From positions 65,792 through 129,791 of the forward strand of contig JAJPHD010000009.1 of the NCBI GenBank assembly GCA_021325455.1: a stretch of DNA of 64,000 bases, given 5' to 3'. The notes below the pieces were generated by a model, which saw only the letters and a program-made list of their open reading frames with translations, did no database searches and was not told the DNA's origin. Position 1 is the stretch's first letter. Every line of letters starts with the position of its first letter. The position numbers and the translations under genes are program-made. The DNA comes from Actinomycetota bacterium. Its GTDB lineage: Bacteria > Actinomycetota > Acidimicrobiia > Acidimicrobiales > JAJPHD01. Shown in pieces: positions 48,910 to 58,975 of this stretch.

Positions 48910-49868
48910 GGGGCGCCAGGAGGCGGGACCGCCGGCCGGCCCAGTCGCTCCTTCAGCCAGGCCGCCGTCCGGGCCAGCCCCTCCCGGAGGTCGACTCCCG
49001 GCTCCCAGCCGAGCAGCCGGCGGGCGAGGGTGATGTCAGGCCGGCGGCGGGCAGGATCGTCCACCGGCAGCGCCTCGAAGACGACCTCTGAGGTCGAGCC
49101 CGTAACGGCCAGCACCTCGGACACCAGCTCGAGGAGGGTGAACTCGGCAGGGTTGCCGATGTTCACGGGGCCGGTGTGGGCCGAGTCCAGCAGGGCGAGG
49201 ATGCCGCGCACCTCGTCGTCCACATAGCAGAAACTCCGGGTCTGGCTGCCGTCCCCGTACACGGTGAGAGGCTTGCCCTCCAGGGCCTGCACGAGCAGGT
49301 TCGACACCACCCTGCCGTCGTGGGGCCGCATCCTCGGGCCATAGGTGTTGAAGATGCGCACGATGCCCACGCTCAGGCCGTGGCTGCGGTGGTAGGCCAT
49401 GGTCAGGGCTTCGGCGAACCGCTTGGCCTCGTCGTAGACGCCGCGTGGGCCGACCGGGTTGACGTGCCCCCAGTAGCCCTCGACCTGGGGATGGACCTCG
49501 GGGTCACCGTAGACCTCGCTGGTGGAGGCCAGCAGGAAGCGCGCCCTTTTGGCCTTGGCCAGGCCGAGGCAGTTGTGGGTCCCGAGGCTCCCCACCTTCA
49601 GGGTCTGGATGGGGAGCTCGAGGTAGTCCCGAGGTGAGGCGGGGCTGGCGAAGTGGAGCACGGCGTCCACGGGGCCGGGGACGTCCAGGTAGCTGCTCAC
49701 ATCGTGGCAGCGGAACTCCATGCCCGGGTGGTCGAGGAGGCCGGCCAGGTTGTCGAGCGTCCCCGTCACCAGGTTGTCGATGCACACGACCTGGTCGCCC
49801 CGTCCCAGCAGGGCCTCGCAGAGGTGGGAACCGAGGAAGCCGGCCCCTCCCGTCACCACCGCCCTCAC
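48906..49868 (-). CDS. UDP-glucuronate decarboxylase (UDP-xylose synthase) family
   Basis: [31 protein letters not shown]...DGRVV. Confidence 0.9.
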   Translation of the reverse strand: MRAVVTGGAGFLGSHLCEALLGRGDQVVCIDNLVTGTLDNLAGLLDHPGMEFRCHDVSSYLDVPGPVDAVLHFASPASPRDYLELPIQTLKVGSLGTHNCLGLAKAKRARFLLASTSEVYGDPEVHPQVEGYWGHVNPVGPRGVYDEAKRFAEALTMAYHRSHGLSVGIVRIFNTYGPRMRPHDGRVVSNLLVQALEGKPLTVYGDGSQTRSFCYVDDEVRGILALLDSAHTGPVNIGNPAEFTLLELVSEVLAVTGSTSEVVFEALPVDDPARRRPDITLARRLLGWEPGVDLREGLARTAAWLKERLGRPAVPPPGAP

Positions 49869-51145
49869 TGACGGCCCATCCCGAGATAGCGGAATCCGGC
49901 CAGCCGCATGGAGGCGGGCTCCAGGAGGTTGCGGGCATCCACCAGGCAAGGAGAGGCCATCACGGACCTCACCTTGTCGAAGTCCAGCCAGCGGAGCTCG
50001 TCCCACTCCGTGAGCAGGGCCAGGACCGAGGCCCCCTCGCAGGCCTGATAGGGATCATCACAGAGCTCGATGCCTGCCAGGTCGGGCTGCGGGCCGCGTA
50101 CCGTCGGGTCGTACGCCCGCACCCTGGCGCCGGCAGCCACGAGGGCAGCGGCTATGGCGACGGCGGGCGACTGCCTGCGGTCGTCGGTCCGGGCCTTGAA
50201 GGTGAGGCCCCACACGGCGACCTGCGCCTCCTCCAGGGGGCCGCCCACCATGGTCGCGATCTTGGCCAGGACCCGGGATCGTTGCTCGTCGTTGACCTCG
50301 ATCACCCCTCGCAGCAGGCTGAAGTCGTAGCCGGCGTCCTCGCCTATGCGGACCAGGGCCCTCGTGTCCTTGGGCAGGCAGCTCCCGCCCCAGCCCGGGC
50401 CGGGCTTCAGGAACTCGAAGCCGATGCGCCGGTCGTAGCCCATGCCGAGGACGACGTCCTTGACATCGGCCCCTACCGCCTCGCACAGGTTGGCGACGGC
50501 ATTGATGAAGCTGATCTTGGTGGCGAGAAAGGCGTTGGACGCGTACTTGATGGTCTCGGCCGAGGCCGGGTCGGTGACCATCACCGGCGCCCGCACCTGA
50601 TCGAAGAGGGCGGCCACCCTGATGGCAGCAGCCTCGTCGTCGGCTCCTATCACGATGCGGTCGGGGTGCTCGCAGTCGTGTATGGCCGAGCCCTCACGGA
50701 GGAACTCCGGGTTCGAGACCACGGCCACGTCGGGCCGGGCCAGCGCCCTCTCGACCACTCGCGTCGACCCCACCGGGACGGTGGACTTGTTGATGACGAC
50801 GGACCCGGGCTCGAGGACGGGCCCGATCTCGGTGGCGGCGTCGACTATGTAGGACATGTCGGCCGACCCATCGGGCCGCTGGGGCGTGGGCACGCACAGG
50901 AAGACGAACTCCTGGCCCGGCACGGCGGCTGCGGCGCCGAGGACGAACCTGAGCCGGCCCGAGGCCAGGCCCTCCCTCACCAGGCCCTCCAGCCCCTCCT
51001 CCACGATGGGGATACGGCCGCCATTGAGCATGGCCACCTTCTCCGCCACCACGTCGGCACACAACACGTCATGGCCGAGGCGGGCGAGGAAGGCGCCCGT
51101 GGTGAGGCCCACGTACCCCGTCCCGACCACCGCCACCCTGCTCAT
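49865..51145 (-). CDS. ugd: UDP-glucose 6-dehydrogenase
   Basis: [38 protein letters not shown]. Confidence 0.93.
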   Translation of the reverse strand: MSRVAVVGTGYVGLTTGAFLARLGHDVLCADVVAEKVAMLNGGRIPIVEEGLEGLVREGLASGRLRFVLGAAAAVPGQEFVFLCVPTPQRPDGSADMSYIVDAATEIGPVLEPGSVVINKSTVPVGSTRVVERALARPDVAVVSNPEFLREGSAIHDCEHPDRIVIGADDEAAAIRVAALFDQVRAPVMVTDPASAETIKYASNAFLATKISFINAVANLCEAVGADVKDVVLGMGYDRRIGFEFLKPGPGWGGSCLPKDTRALVRIGEDAGYDFSLLRGVIEVNDEQRSRVLAKIATMVGGPLEEAQVAVWGLTFKARTDDRRQSPAVAIAAALVAAGARVRAYDPTVRGPQPDLAGIELCDDPYQACEGASVLALLTEWDELRWLDFDKVRSVMASPCLVDARNLLEPASMRLAGFRYLGMGRQ

Positions 51146-51987
51146 ACCGCCACCAGCTCCTTCACCAGCACCTCGAGGGACTCCTCCCAGGCCGGGAGCA
51201 GGGGGAGGCCCGAGAGGCGCAGGGCAGCATTGTCCAGCACCGAGAAGGGGGGGCGGGGAGCCGGCCGGGGCGGCTGGAGCGAAACGGTGGCGATGGGCTC
51301 CACCCGCCCGGGATCGAGGCCGGCGGCGCCCAGCACGGCCCGGGCGAAGCCGTACCAGGTCGTCTGGCCCTGGTTGGTCACATGGAAGAGCCCCGGCCGG
51401 CGCTCCACCGCCAGGCGCATCACCACCCCGGCCAGGTCGGCCGCCATGGTGGGGCTGCCGTGCTGGTCGTCCACGAACCGCAGGGGCCCCGGCTCCCGGG
51501 CCAGGCGCAGCACGGTGCGAGCCATGTTGGACCCGTGGCGCCCGCAGACCCATGAGGTGCGCACGATGGTGGCCTCGGGGGGGCAGGCGTGCTCCCCCCC
51601 CAGCTTGGAACGCCCGTAGACGGAAAGGGGATGGGGGTCGTCCCACTCCGTGTAGGGGCGGCCGCTCGCCCCGTCGAACACGTAGTCCGTCGACAGGTAG
51701 CAAAGATGGGCACCGCACCACCGGGCTGCCTCGGCCACGTGGCGGGTGCCGAGGGCGTTCACCAGGTAGGCCCGGTCGGGGTCCTCCTCGCAGGCATCCA
51801 CCGCCGTCCAGGCCGCGGTGTGCACGATGACGTCGGGGCTCGTTCCCGCCACCAGCTGGAGGACGGCATCGCGGTCGGACACGTCGAGGCGGGAATGGTC
51901 CAGGGCCACCACGTCCCACCTCGGCCCGAACGCTGCCGCCACCTCCTGGCCTACCTGGCCCCCCGCCCCGGTGATGACCACCCGCAT
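51142..51987 (-). CDS. rfbD: dTDP-4-dehydrorhamnose reductase
   Basis: GAGGQVG, AAWTAVD, STDYVFDG, YGRSK, DQHGSPT. Confidence 0.94.
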   Translation of the reverse strand: MRVVITGAGGQVGQEVAAAFGPRWDVVALDHSRLDVSDRDAVLQLVAGTSPDVIVHTAAWTAVDACEEDPDRAYLVNALGTRHVAEAARWCGAHLCYLSTDYVFDGASGRPYTEWDDPHPLSVYGRSKLGGEHACPPEATIVRTSWVCGRHGSNMARTVLRLAREPGPLRFVDDQHGSPTMAADLAGVVMRLAVERRPGLFHVTNQGQTTWYGFARAVLGAAGLDPGRVEPIATVSLQPPRPAPRPPFSVLDNAALRLSGLPLLPAWEESLEVLVKELVAV

Positions 51988-51990
51988 GAG

Positions 51991-52992
51991 CTACCAGGCC
52001 GTCTCCTGGACGGGGGCCCGGCCCCGCCGGGGCTCCCACCACTCCCGGTTCCCGGCGTACCAGGCCACGGTGGAGTCCAGGCCCTCCCGGAACCCCACCT
52101 CTGGCTCCCACCCCAGCTCGCGGCGGATCTTGGTCGAGTCGAGGAGGTACCGCCGGTCGTGGCCCGGACGGTCGGGGACCACCATCTTGAGGGAGGAGGG
52201 CCGGCCGGTGGCGGCGAGAACGAGGTCGGCGACGTCCTCGATGCTCGCCTCCTCACCACTGCCCACGTGGTAGGTCTCGCCCACCCGGCCCCGCTCGAGG
52301 ACGGCCTCGACGGCCCGGCAGTGGTCCGACACGTGCAGCCACTCTCTCCGGTTGCGGGTGGAGGCGTACATGGGGAGGGGCTGGCCATCCAGAGCCCTGG
52401 TGGTGAAGAGGGGGATGAGCTTCTCGGGGAACTGGAAGGGCCCGTAGTTGTTGCAGCAGTTGGTGATGGTGGTAGGCAGCCCGTACGTCTCGCCGTAGGC
52501 GCGCACGGCATGGTCCGCGCCCGCCTTGGAGGCGTTGTAGGGAGTGCGGGGCCGGTAGGGGGACTGCTCGGTGAAGGCCTCGGGCGAGTCGAGGGCCAGA
52601 TCGCCGTACACCTCGCAGGTCGAAATGTGGTGGAAGCGGGCCACCCCCGCTCGTCTGGCCGCCTCCAGCATGGTCTGGGTGCCGAGCACGTTGGTGCGGA
52701 AGAACAGCCCCGGGTCCAGGACCGCCAGGCTGTTGTGGGACTCGGCGGCGAAGTTGACGATGGTGTCGACGCCGTGGGCTGCGATGGCCTCCTCGGCCCG
52801 GTCCAGGTCGCAGACATCGGCGTGGACGAAGACGATCCCGCTCTCGACGTCAGCCAGGCTCTCCCGGCTGCCGGCATAGGTGAGGGCGTCGTAGACGACC
52901 ACGGGCCCCTCGTGGCCGGCCAGCCAGTGGCGGACGAAGTTGGACCCGATGAACCCGGCCCCGCCGGTCACGAGCAGCCTGCCAGATGCCAT
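51991..52992 (-). CDS. rfbB: dTDP-glucose 4,6-dehydratase
   Basis: GGAGFIGSNF, DALTYAG, FAAESH, NNYGPFQFPEKLIP, DRPGHDRRY. Confidence 0.9.
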   Translation of the reverse strand: MASGRLLVTGGAGFIGSNFVRHWLAGHEGPVVVYDALTYAGSRESLADVESGIVFVHADVCDLDRAEEAIAAHGVDTIVNFAAESHNSLAVLDPGLFFRTNVLGTQTMLEAARRAGVARFHHISTCEVYGDLALDSPEAFTEQSPYRPRTPYNASKAGADHAVRAYGETYGLPTTITNCCNNYGPFQFPEKLIPLFTTRALDGQPLPMYASTRNRREWLHVSDHCRAVEAVLERGRVGETYHVGSGEEASIEDVADLVLAATGRPSSLKMVVPDRPGHDRRYLLDSTKIRRELGWEPEVGFREGLDSTVAWYAGNREWWEPRRGRAPVQETAW

Positions 52993-53031
52993 CGGGGCGC
53001 CAGGCTAGAGGCTGGGGGGCCGAGGGCTGGG

Positions 53032-54147
53032 TCAGGCCAGATCGACCCGTGAGTGGTCGCCCAGCATCAGGCGGACGGCCCGGGGGCGGCGGCTGGTCCG
53101 GGAGACCTCCACCATCTTGCCCACGAGGGAGTCCTCCACCCTCGGTATGTCGATGATCCGGCTCTGCTCCAGCACCACCGAGTGCTCGATCTCGGACCGG
53201 ACTATCTCGCAGCCGTAGTAGACGGAGGTGAAGGGGCCGATGAAGCTGTCCACGATCCTGGTGCCCTCGCCGATGATGGCCGGTCCTCTGATGGTGGAGC
53301 GCACTATCTGGGCCCCGTCCTGCAGGACGACCCGCCCCTCCAGGCGGGAGTCCCCGTCCACCTCACCGTGGTTGGCGGGCTCCAGGCCCTCCAGGACCAG
53401 ACGGTTGCCTTCCAGGAAGGCGTCCAGCTCCCCCAGGTCCTTCCAGTACCCGTCCACCACCTGGCACCGGACCCGGTGGCCGTGGTCGATCAACCACTGG
53501 ATGGCATCGGTGATCTCCAGCTCCCCCCGGGCCGACGGGGAGATGGACGCCACCGCCTCGTGGATGCGGGCATCGAAGAGGTAGACACCCACCAGGGCCA
53601 GGTCAGAAGGGGGATGGGCCGGCTTCTCCACCAGGCCCACCACCTCGCCGGCGGGGTCCAGCACGGCCACCCCGAACCGCTGCGGGTCGGGCACCCGGGC
53701 CAGCAGGATCTGGGCCGCCGGGGACTTGCCCTGGTCTCCCTCCAGGCCCTGGAAGGTGCCGCTCAGCCGCTCCCGCTCCCCCTCGAAGTCGGCCACCAGG
53801 CCGGTGATGCCCTGGCGCAGCAGGTTGTCGCCCAGGTACATGACGAACTCCTCGTCCCCCAGGAAGGGCTGGGCGATGAGGACGCCGTGGGCCAGCCCCA
53901 GGGGCGCTTCCTGGGGGATCCAGGTCACCTCCAGCCCCCAGGCCGAGCCGTCCCCCACTGCCGCCTCCACCTCGGCCCTGGTGTCGCCCACCACGACCCC
54001 CACCTGGCGGATCCCGGCCTCGGCCATGGCCTCCAAGGCGTAGAAGAGGATGGGCTTGTTGGCCACCGGCACCAGCTGCTTGGCGCTGGTGTGGGTGATG
54101 GGCCGGAGGCGGGTGCCGGCTCCGCCGGCGAGGATCAGGCCCTTCAC
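53032..54147 (-). CDS. rfbA: Glucose-1-phosphate thymidylyltransferase (long form)
   Basis: LAGGAGTRLRPITHTSAKQLVPVANKP, YLGDN, SARGELEITDA. Confidence 0.92.
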   Translation of the reverse strand: MKGLILAGGAGTRLRPITHTSAKQLVPVANKPILFYALEAMAEAGIRQVGVVVGDTRAEVEAAVGDGSAWGLEVTWIPQEAPLGLAHGVLIAQPFLGDEEFVMYLGDNLLRQGITGLVADFEGERERLSGTFQGLEGDQGKSPAAQILLARVPDPQRFGVAVLDPAGEVVGLVEKPAHPPSDLALVGVYLFDARIHEAVASISPSARGELEITDAIQWLIDHGHRVRCQVVDGYWKDLGELDAFLEGNRLVLEGLEPANHGEVDGDSRLEGRVVLQDGAQIVRSTIRGPAIIGEGTRIVDSFIGPFTSVYYGCEIVRSEIEHSVVLEQSRIIDIPRVEDSLVGKMVEVSRTSRRPRAVRLMLGDHSRVDLA

Positions 54148-54151
54148 GGCG

Positions 54152-55876
54152 TCACGACCTGCAGGCGGTGGGGTCCCACGGGGGGGGCTTGGTGGAGCCC
54201 GAGGGGGTGGCGGTCCCCCCGGCTGAGGAGCCGGTTCCCGACCCCCCTGCCGAGCCTCCCGCACCTCCCGAGGGGGCCGATCTCACCGCCCCCGGCGAGG
54301 CCTTGGTGCTGATCCCCCCGTAGCTGGCCCCGGTCGTGAGGGTGATGACCGAGCCGCCCATGTTGGGGTCTTCGTTGATGGTGGCGCCGCCCTTCACGTG
54401 CTCGGCCAAGGTGCGGGCCTCGGCCTCGTGACCGGGCCCGTAGGTGACGATGGAGGATAGATAGCCATAGGAGTTGGCATCTCCGTAGTTGACCACCTTG
54501 AAGCCGGCACTGCTGAGGGCCTGGGCCGCCTGCTGGGCCTGGCCCGTCGCTCCCGAGCCGTTCAGGACCTCGACGTGGACCGACGAAAGAGCCACCGTGG
54601 GCGGAGGGGAATGCCGGGCGGCGGGGCGCCGGCTCCCCCCGGCGGGGGCGGGCATCCCGTAGCTCTCCCAGGCCCGGATGACGGCCTTGTCCGCCGACCA
54701 CTCGGGCTGGAGCACGTCCGCCCCTCCCGGGGTGACATAGGGGGTCCCGGGCATGGTCCATGAGGGGGTGCTGCCCGGGTTGGCCCTGCCGAACTCGCTG
54801 ATGAGGCGCAGGATGTCCGAGGTCGAGAAGCGGCTGTCCACCCGCACGTCCCCCACCGCCTTGGAGACCAGCGAGTTGGCCACGAAGGGATTGTGGATCC
54901 CGCGGTGCACGGCCGTCTGGGCCAGCACCCGCAGGAACTCGTGCTGGCGGGTTATCCTCCCCAGGTCCCCGGTGCCCTCCGGTATCCACTGGCCGCCCTT
55001 GTAGTACTGGTAGAAGCGGCTGCGGGCCAGGGCCAGGGCCATCTTGCCGTTGAGGTGATGGTTGCCGGCGGTGGGAATGTCCAGGCCCGACTCCGCGTCC
55101 CTGGCGGGGTAGGGGAAGTACATGCATATCCCCCCCACCGTGTTCACGATGCCCTCCAGGCCGGTGAAGTTGACCTCGATGTAGTGGTTGATGGGGATCC
55201 CGTAGTCGTGCGTGATGGTCTGTATGAGCTGGCTGGGCCCATTGTTGAAGGCCGAGTTGATGCGGTTCACGGTGCTCGTGCCGGCGATGTGCACGTAGCT
55301 GTCCCGGGGTATGGAGAGCATGGCCGCCTTGCCGGTGGCGGGGATCAGGTGCACGAGCACGATGACGTCGCTGCGTTGCCCGGCAGCCTGGGCCGTGCTG
55401 CCGTACTCGGCCTGCTGGGACTTGCTGAACCCGGATCGGCTGTCCGAGCCCACCAGCAGGATGGTCTCGGGCTTGCCGGGAGGCGGGGGGGCGGCCGTGC
55501 GACCGACCCCCTGGAGGCCGTGCACCACGACCTTGGGTATCTGGCTCACCTTGTAACGGGCGTAGAGATAGGTCGATGCCGTTCCCGCCATGCACAGGAC
55601 GACGATGACGTTGAGCACGAGCAGGGCCCGCCTGGGCCAGCGCCGGGCCGGGCGCTGTCGGTGGCGGGGAGAGGGGGGACCGCCGGGGGGCCGGCCCGCC
55701 CAGGGGGCCCAGCGGCGGTGCCGATAGCGCCGGCGCCGGTGCTCGCCCCCCCGCCGGGGGATCTCGAGGGCGGGATCGGGCCGCTCCGGCGCCACCACGC
55801 CCCCCCTCGGGAGGTCCTCGCTGGCCGGCAGGTTGATCCAGACGCGCCCGCCCCGCCCGCTGCCGAGGTCAGCCAT
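54152..55876 (-). CDS. LCP family protein with LytR C-terminal domain
   Basis: TM, LVGSDSR, RSD, SIPRD, LARSR, DLGRITRQ, VEVLNGSG. Confidence 0.92.
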   Translation of the reverse strand: MADLGSGRGGRVWINLPASEDLPRGGVVAPERPDPALEIPRRGGEHRRRRYRHRRWAPWAGRPPGGPPSPRHRQRPARRWPRRALLVLNVIVVLCMAGTASTYLYARYKVSQIPKVVVHGLQGVGRTAAPPPPGKPETILLVGSDSRSGFSKSQQAEYGSTAQAAGQRSDVIVLVHLIPATGKAAMLSIPRDSYVHIAGTSTVNRINSAFNNGPSQLIQTITHDYGIPINHYIEVNFTGLEGIVNTVGGICMYFPYPARDAESGLDIPTAGNHHLNGKMALALARSRFYQYYKGGQWIPEGTGDLGRITRQHEFLRVLAQTAVHRGIHNPFVANSLVSKAVGDVRVDSRFSTSDILRLISEFGRANPGSTPSWTMPGTPYVTPGGADVLQPEWSADKAVIRAWESYGMPAPAGGSRRPAARHSPPPTVALSSVHVEVLNGSGATGQAQQAAQALSSAGFKVVNYGDANSYGYLSSIVTYGPGHEAEARTLAEHVKGGATINEDPNMGGSVITLTTGASYGGISTKASPGAVRSAPSGGAGGSAGGSGTGSSAGGTATPSGSTKPPPWDPTACRS

Positions 55877-56014
55877 GACGGGCCACCCTACCAGCGGGTT
55901 CCCTCTCTCCCGACGCGCCCGGGGGCCTCCCGGGACCGGGCATCACGACCCCAGGACCCCTGGGGAGGGCCAACGGTTCCGCCGGGGGCCAACCCGAGAG
56001 GGGGGACGAAGGCC

Positions 56015-57160
56015 CTAGCCCACCGGCAGGCCCAGGCCCCGGCTTATGACCAGGCGCTGGACCTCGCTCGTGCCTTCCCCTATCTCCAGGATCTTGGCGT
56101 CGCGGTAGAAGCGGGCCACGGGCGTCTCATCGATGAAGCCGTAGCCACCGAATATCTGGGTGGCCTCCCGGGTGGCGGACACGGCGGCCTCGGTGGCAAG
56201 AAGCTTGGCCATGGCCGCGGCCTGCTTGAACGGACGGCCGTGGTCCTTCAGCCAGGCCGCCCGGTAGGTGAGGGCCCGGGCCGACTCCACGGCCACGGCC
56301 AGGTCGGCGCATTTGAATGCCACGGCCTGGTAGCGCCCAATGGGGCCGCCGAAGGCCTGGCGGCTCCCGGCGTAGGCCACGGACTCCTCCAGGCAGGCCT
56401 GGGCCAGGCCCACCGCCAGTGCGGCAATGGCGATGCGCCCGTCGTCCAGGATGGCGAGGAACTGGGCGAGGCCCCTCCCCTCCTCCCCGAGGAGGTTGTC
56501 AGCAGGGACCCGGCAGCCGTCCAGCGTGAGGCCGTGGGTGTCCGAGGCGTGCCAACCCATCTTGCGGTAGGGGGGCTCGACGATGAGGCCAGGGGTCCCC
56601 GCCGGCACGATGATGGCCGAGATCCCCTCCCCGGGCCCGGTACGGGCCGTGACCGTGATCACCGAGGTGATCGGGGTGCCGGAGTTGGTGATGAAGGCCT
56701 TGGAGCCGTCGATCACCCACTCGTCACCCTCCCGCCTGGCCCGGGTCCGGGTGGCGCCGGCATCGCTGCCACCATCGGGCTCGGTGAGCCCGAAGGCCCC
56801 GAGGGCCTCCCCGGCACACAGGGCGGGCAGCCACTCATCCCGCTGGGCGTCGGTGCCGAACTGGAATATGGGGTTGGCGCCCAGCCCTACCCCGGCCGAC
56901 AGCGTGATGGCCAAGGAGGAATCCACCCGGCCCAGCTCCTCTATGGCCAGACACAGGGTCGTGAAGTCCGCCCCCGAGCCCCCGTACCTCTCGGGGAAGG
57001 GCAAGCCGAACAGGCCCAGCTTCCCCATGGCCAGCACGGTGTCCAACGGGAAGTGGTGGTCCCGGTCCCAGGCCTCGGCATGGGGCGCGATCTCCTGCTC
57101 GGCGAACTCCCTCACAACCTTGCGGAAGGCCTCCTGCTCGGGCGTGAAGTCGAGGTCCAT
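56015..57160 (-). CDS. Acyl-CoA dehydrogenase
   Basis: FGLTEPDGGSDAG, GSKAFITN, QIFGGYGF, IGEGTSEVQR. Confidence 0.93.
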   Translation of the reverse strand: MDLDFTPEQEAFRKVVREFAEQEIAPHAEAWDRDHHFPLDTVLAMGKLGLFGLPFPERYGGSGADFTTLCLAIEELGRVDSSLAITLSAGVGLGANPIFQFGTDAQRDEWLPALCAGEALGAFGLTEPDGGSDAGATRTRARREGDEWVIDGSKAFITNSGTPITSVITVTARTGPGEGISAIIVPAGTPGLIVEPPYRKMGWHASDTHGLTLDGCRVPADNLLGEEGRGLAQFLAILDDGRIAIAALAVGLAQACLEESVAYAGSRQAFGGPIGRYQAVAFKCADLAVAVESARALTYRAAWLKDHGRPFKQAAAMAKLLATEAAVSATREATQIFGGYGFIDETPVARFYRDAKILEIGEGTSEVQRLVISRGLGLPVG

Positions 57161-57188
57161 ACCGCTTCTGATCGTAGGCTGTGAGGCG

Positions 57189-58040
57189 ATGACCAGCGCA
57201 CCTTCCTCCCTACCCGCCCCGGTCTGGGTGAACGACCGCCTCGTCCCCGGCGAATCCGCCGGGGTCTCGGCCTTCGACCACGGGTTGGTCACCGGCGACG
57301 GCGCCTTCGAGACGGTCCTCATACGGGGAGGGGAGGCCTTCGCCCTTTCCCGGCACCTGGCCCGCCTGGCCCGCTCGCTGAAGGGACTGGGCCTGGACCC
57401 CCCGGCCGAGGACCTGGTCCGCCAGGCGTGCGCCGCCGTGCTCGGATCCTGCGGGCTGGACCAGGGCCGCTTGCGCATAACCGTCACGGGCGGTCCCGGG
57501 CCCCTCGGGTCCGACCGGGGCGAGGGGCCCCCCAGCCTGGTGGTGGCGGCCTCCCCCCTGGACCCACCGGCCCCCAGCGTGGCCGTGTCGGTGGTCCCCT
57601 GGCCGCGCAACGAGCGGGGGGCCCTGGCTGGCCTCAAGACCATCTCGTACGCGGAGAACGTGGTGGCCCTGGCCTATGCCCACGGACGAGGGGCCGGCGA
57701 GGCCGTCTTCGCCAACACGGCGGGCCTGCTCTGCGAGGGCACCGGCTCCAACGTGTTCCTGGCCCAGGGGGGGCGCCTGACCACGCCCACCCTGGCCTCG
57801 GGCTGCCTGGACGGGGTGACCAGGGCTCTGGTCCTCGAGTCATGCGAGAGTGCTCTCGAGCAGGACGTGCCCGTCGGCGCCCTGGCCGGCGCCGAGGAGG
57901 CCTTCCTCACCGGCACCACCCGGGGCGTGCAGCCCATCGCCTCCGTGGACGGCACCCCTCTTCCTGCCTGCCCCGGGCCCCTCACCCGGGCCGCTGCGGA
58001 CGCCTACGCCAGGCTGGTGGACGCCGGCTCGGACCCGTGA
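57189..58040 (+). CDS. Class IV aminotransferase (BCAT/ADC lyase-like)
   Basis: DHGLVTGDGAFET, HLARL, GLKTISY, EGTGSNVF, CLDGVTR. Confidence 0.9.
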   Translation: MTSAPSSLPAPVWVNDRLVPGESAGVSAFDHGLVTGDGAFETVLIRGGEAFALSRHLARLARSLKGLGLDPPAEDLVRQACAAVLGSCGLDQGRLRITVTGGPGPLGSDRGEGPPSLVVAASPLDPPAPSVAVSVVPWPRNERGALAGLKTISYAENVVALAYAHGRGAGEAVFANTAGLLCEGTGSNVFLAQGGRLTTPTLASGCLDGVTRALVLESCESALEQDVPVGALAGAEEAFLTGTTRGVQPIASVDGTPLPACPGPLTRAAADAYARLVDAGSDP

Positions 58041-58139
58041 GGAGCTCCGGCCCTGCTCCCGTCCCGGGGAAGGCCCACGATCCGCCGGGCACCGGCCGCG
58101 GGAAGCGGCCGGCATGCCCCCACGGCCCGGCGTACCGCC

Positions 58140-58919
58140 TCAGGCCGGTCTGAGGTGCACCACATCGCCCGCGGTGACGCGGCGCAGGCACACCCCCACG
58201 TCGATCAGCAGGTGGCCCTCGGGAGTGACGTCGGCCACGGTGCCGGTGAAGGTCTCGTCGACCAGGTCCACCCGCACCAACCGCCCCACGGTGGAGCAGC
58301 GCCGGCGGTACTCGCTGGCCTGGGCGGCCTGCCCGGAGAGATCCCGGAGGGCCTCGTAGCGGTCTTCCAGGGACGCGAGGAGGGAGGCGAGGAGGCGCTC
58401 CCGGTCCACCTCGAAGCCCACCAGCTGGCTGAGGGCCACGCCCCCTTCAGGGGGGCCGGCCTGGTCCGCGGGCCAGTTCACGTTGATCCCCGCACCCACC
58501 ACCACCGCCTCCACCTGCCCCGAGACGGCCATCGCCTCGGCCAGGACCCCACCCAGCTTCCGCCCCCCCGCCAGCAGGTCGTTGGGCCACTTGAGGTCCG
58601 GGTCCACGCCGGCCTCCACCCGGCAGGCGTCGGCGGCAGCCAGGGCCATCACCGCCGTGGCCAGGTAGAGGTGCTCGCCGTCCAGGGGGGGCCTCATGAG
58701 GACCGAGACCAGGAGGGAGGTCCCCGCCGGAGCCTCCCAGGTCCGCCCCAACCGCCCCCTGCCGGCCGTCTGGTGGTCAGCCACCGCCACCAGGCCTTCG
58801 GGGGCCCCCTCCCGGGCCCGGCTGATCAGCCAGGCGTTGGTGGAGTCGATCGAGCCGAACCGCCGGATGTCGCTGAACCGGGTGGCCCCGGGCTGCGATG
58901 TGGCGCCGGTGTCGGGCAT
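58140..58919 (-). CDS. birA: Biotin-protein ligase (no N-terminal HTH)
   Basis: DSTN, QTAGRGRLGRTW, KWPND, KLGGVL, GDVVH. Start 58919 (7 nt after TATGGT) or 58931. Confidence 0.93.
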   Translation of the reverse strand: MPDTGATSQPGATRFSDIRRFGSIDSTNAWLISRAREGAPEGLVAVADHQTAGRGRLGRTWEAPAGTSLLVSVLMRPPLDGEHLYLATAVMALAAADACRVEAGVDPDLKWPNDLLAGGRKLGGVLAEAMAVSGQVEAVVVGAGINVNWPADQAGPPEGGVALSQLVGFEVDRERLLASLLASLEDRYEALRDLSGQAAQASEYRRRCSTVGRLVRVDLVDETFTGTVADVTPEGHLLIDVGVCLRRVTAGDVVHLRPA

Positions 58920-58975
58920 GGCGGTAACCATATGACTGTGGGGATCGGTTCCCCACGCAGAGAAAGGCTGCTCGC

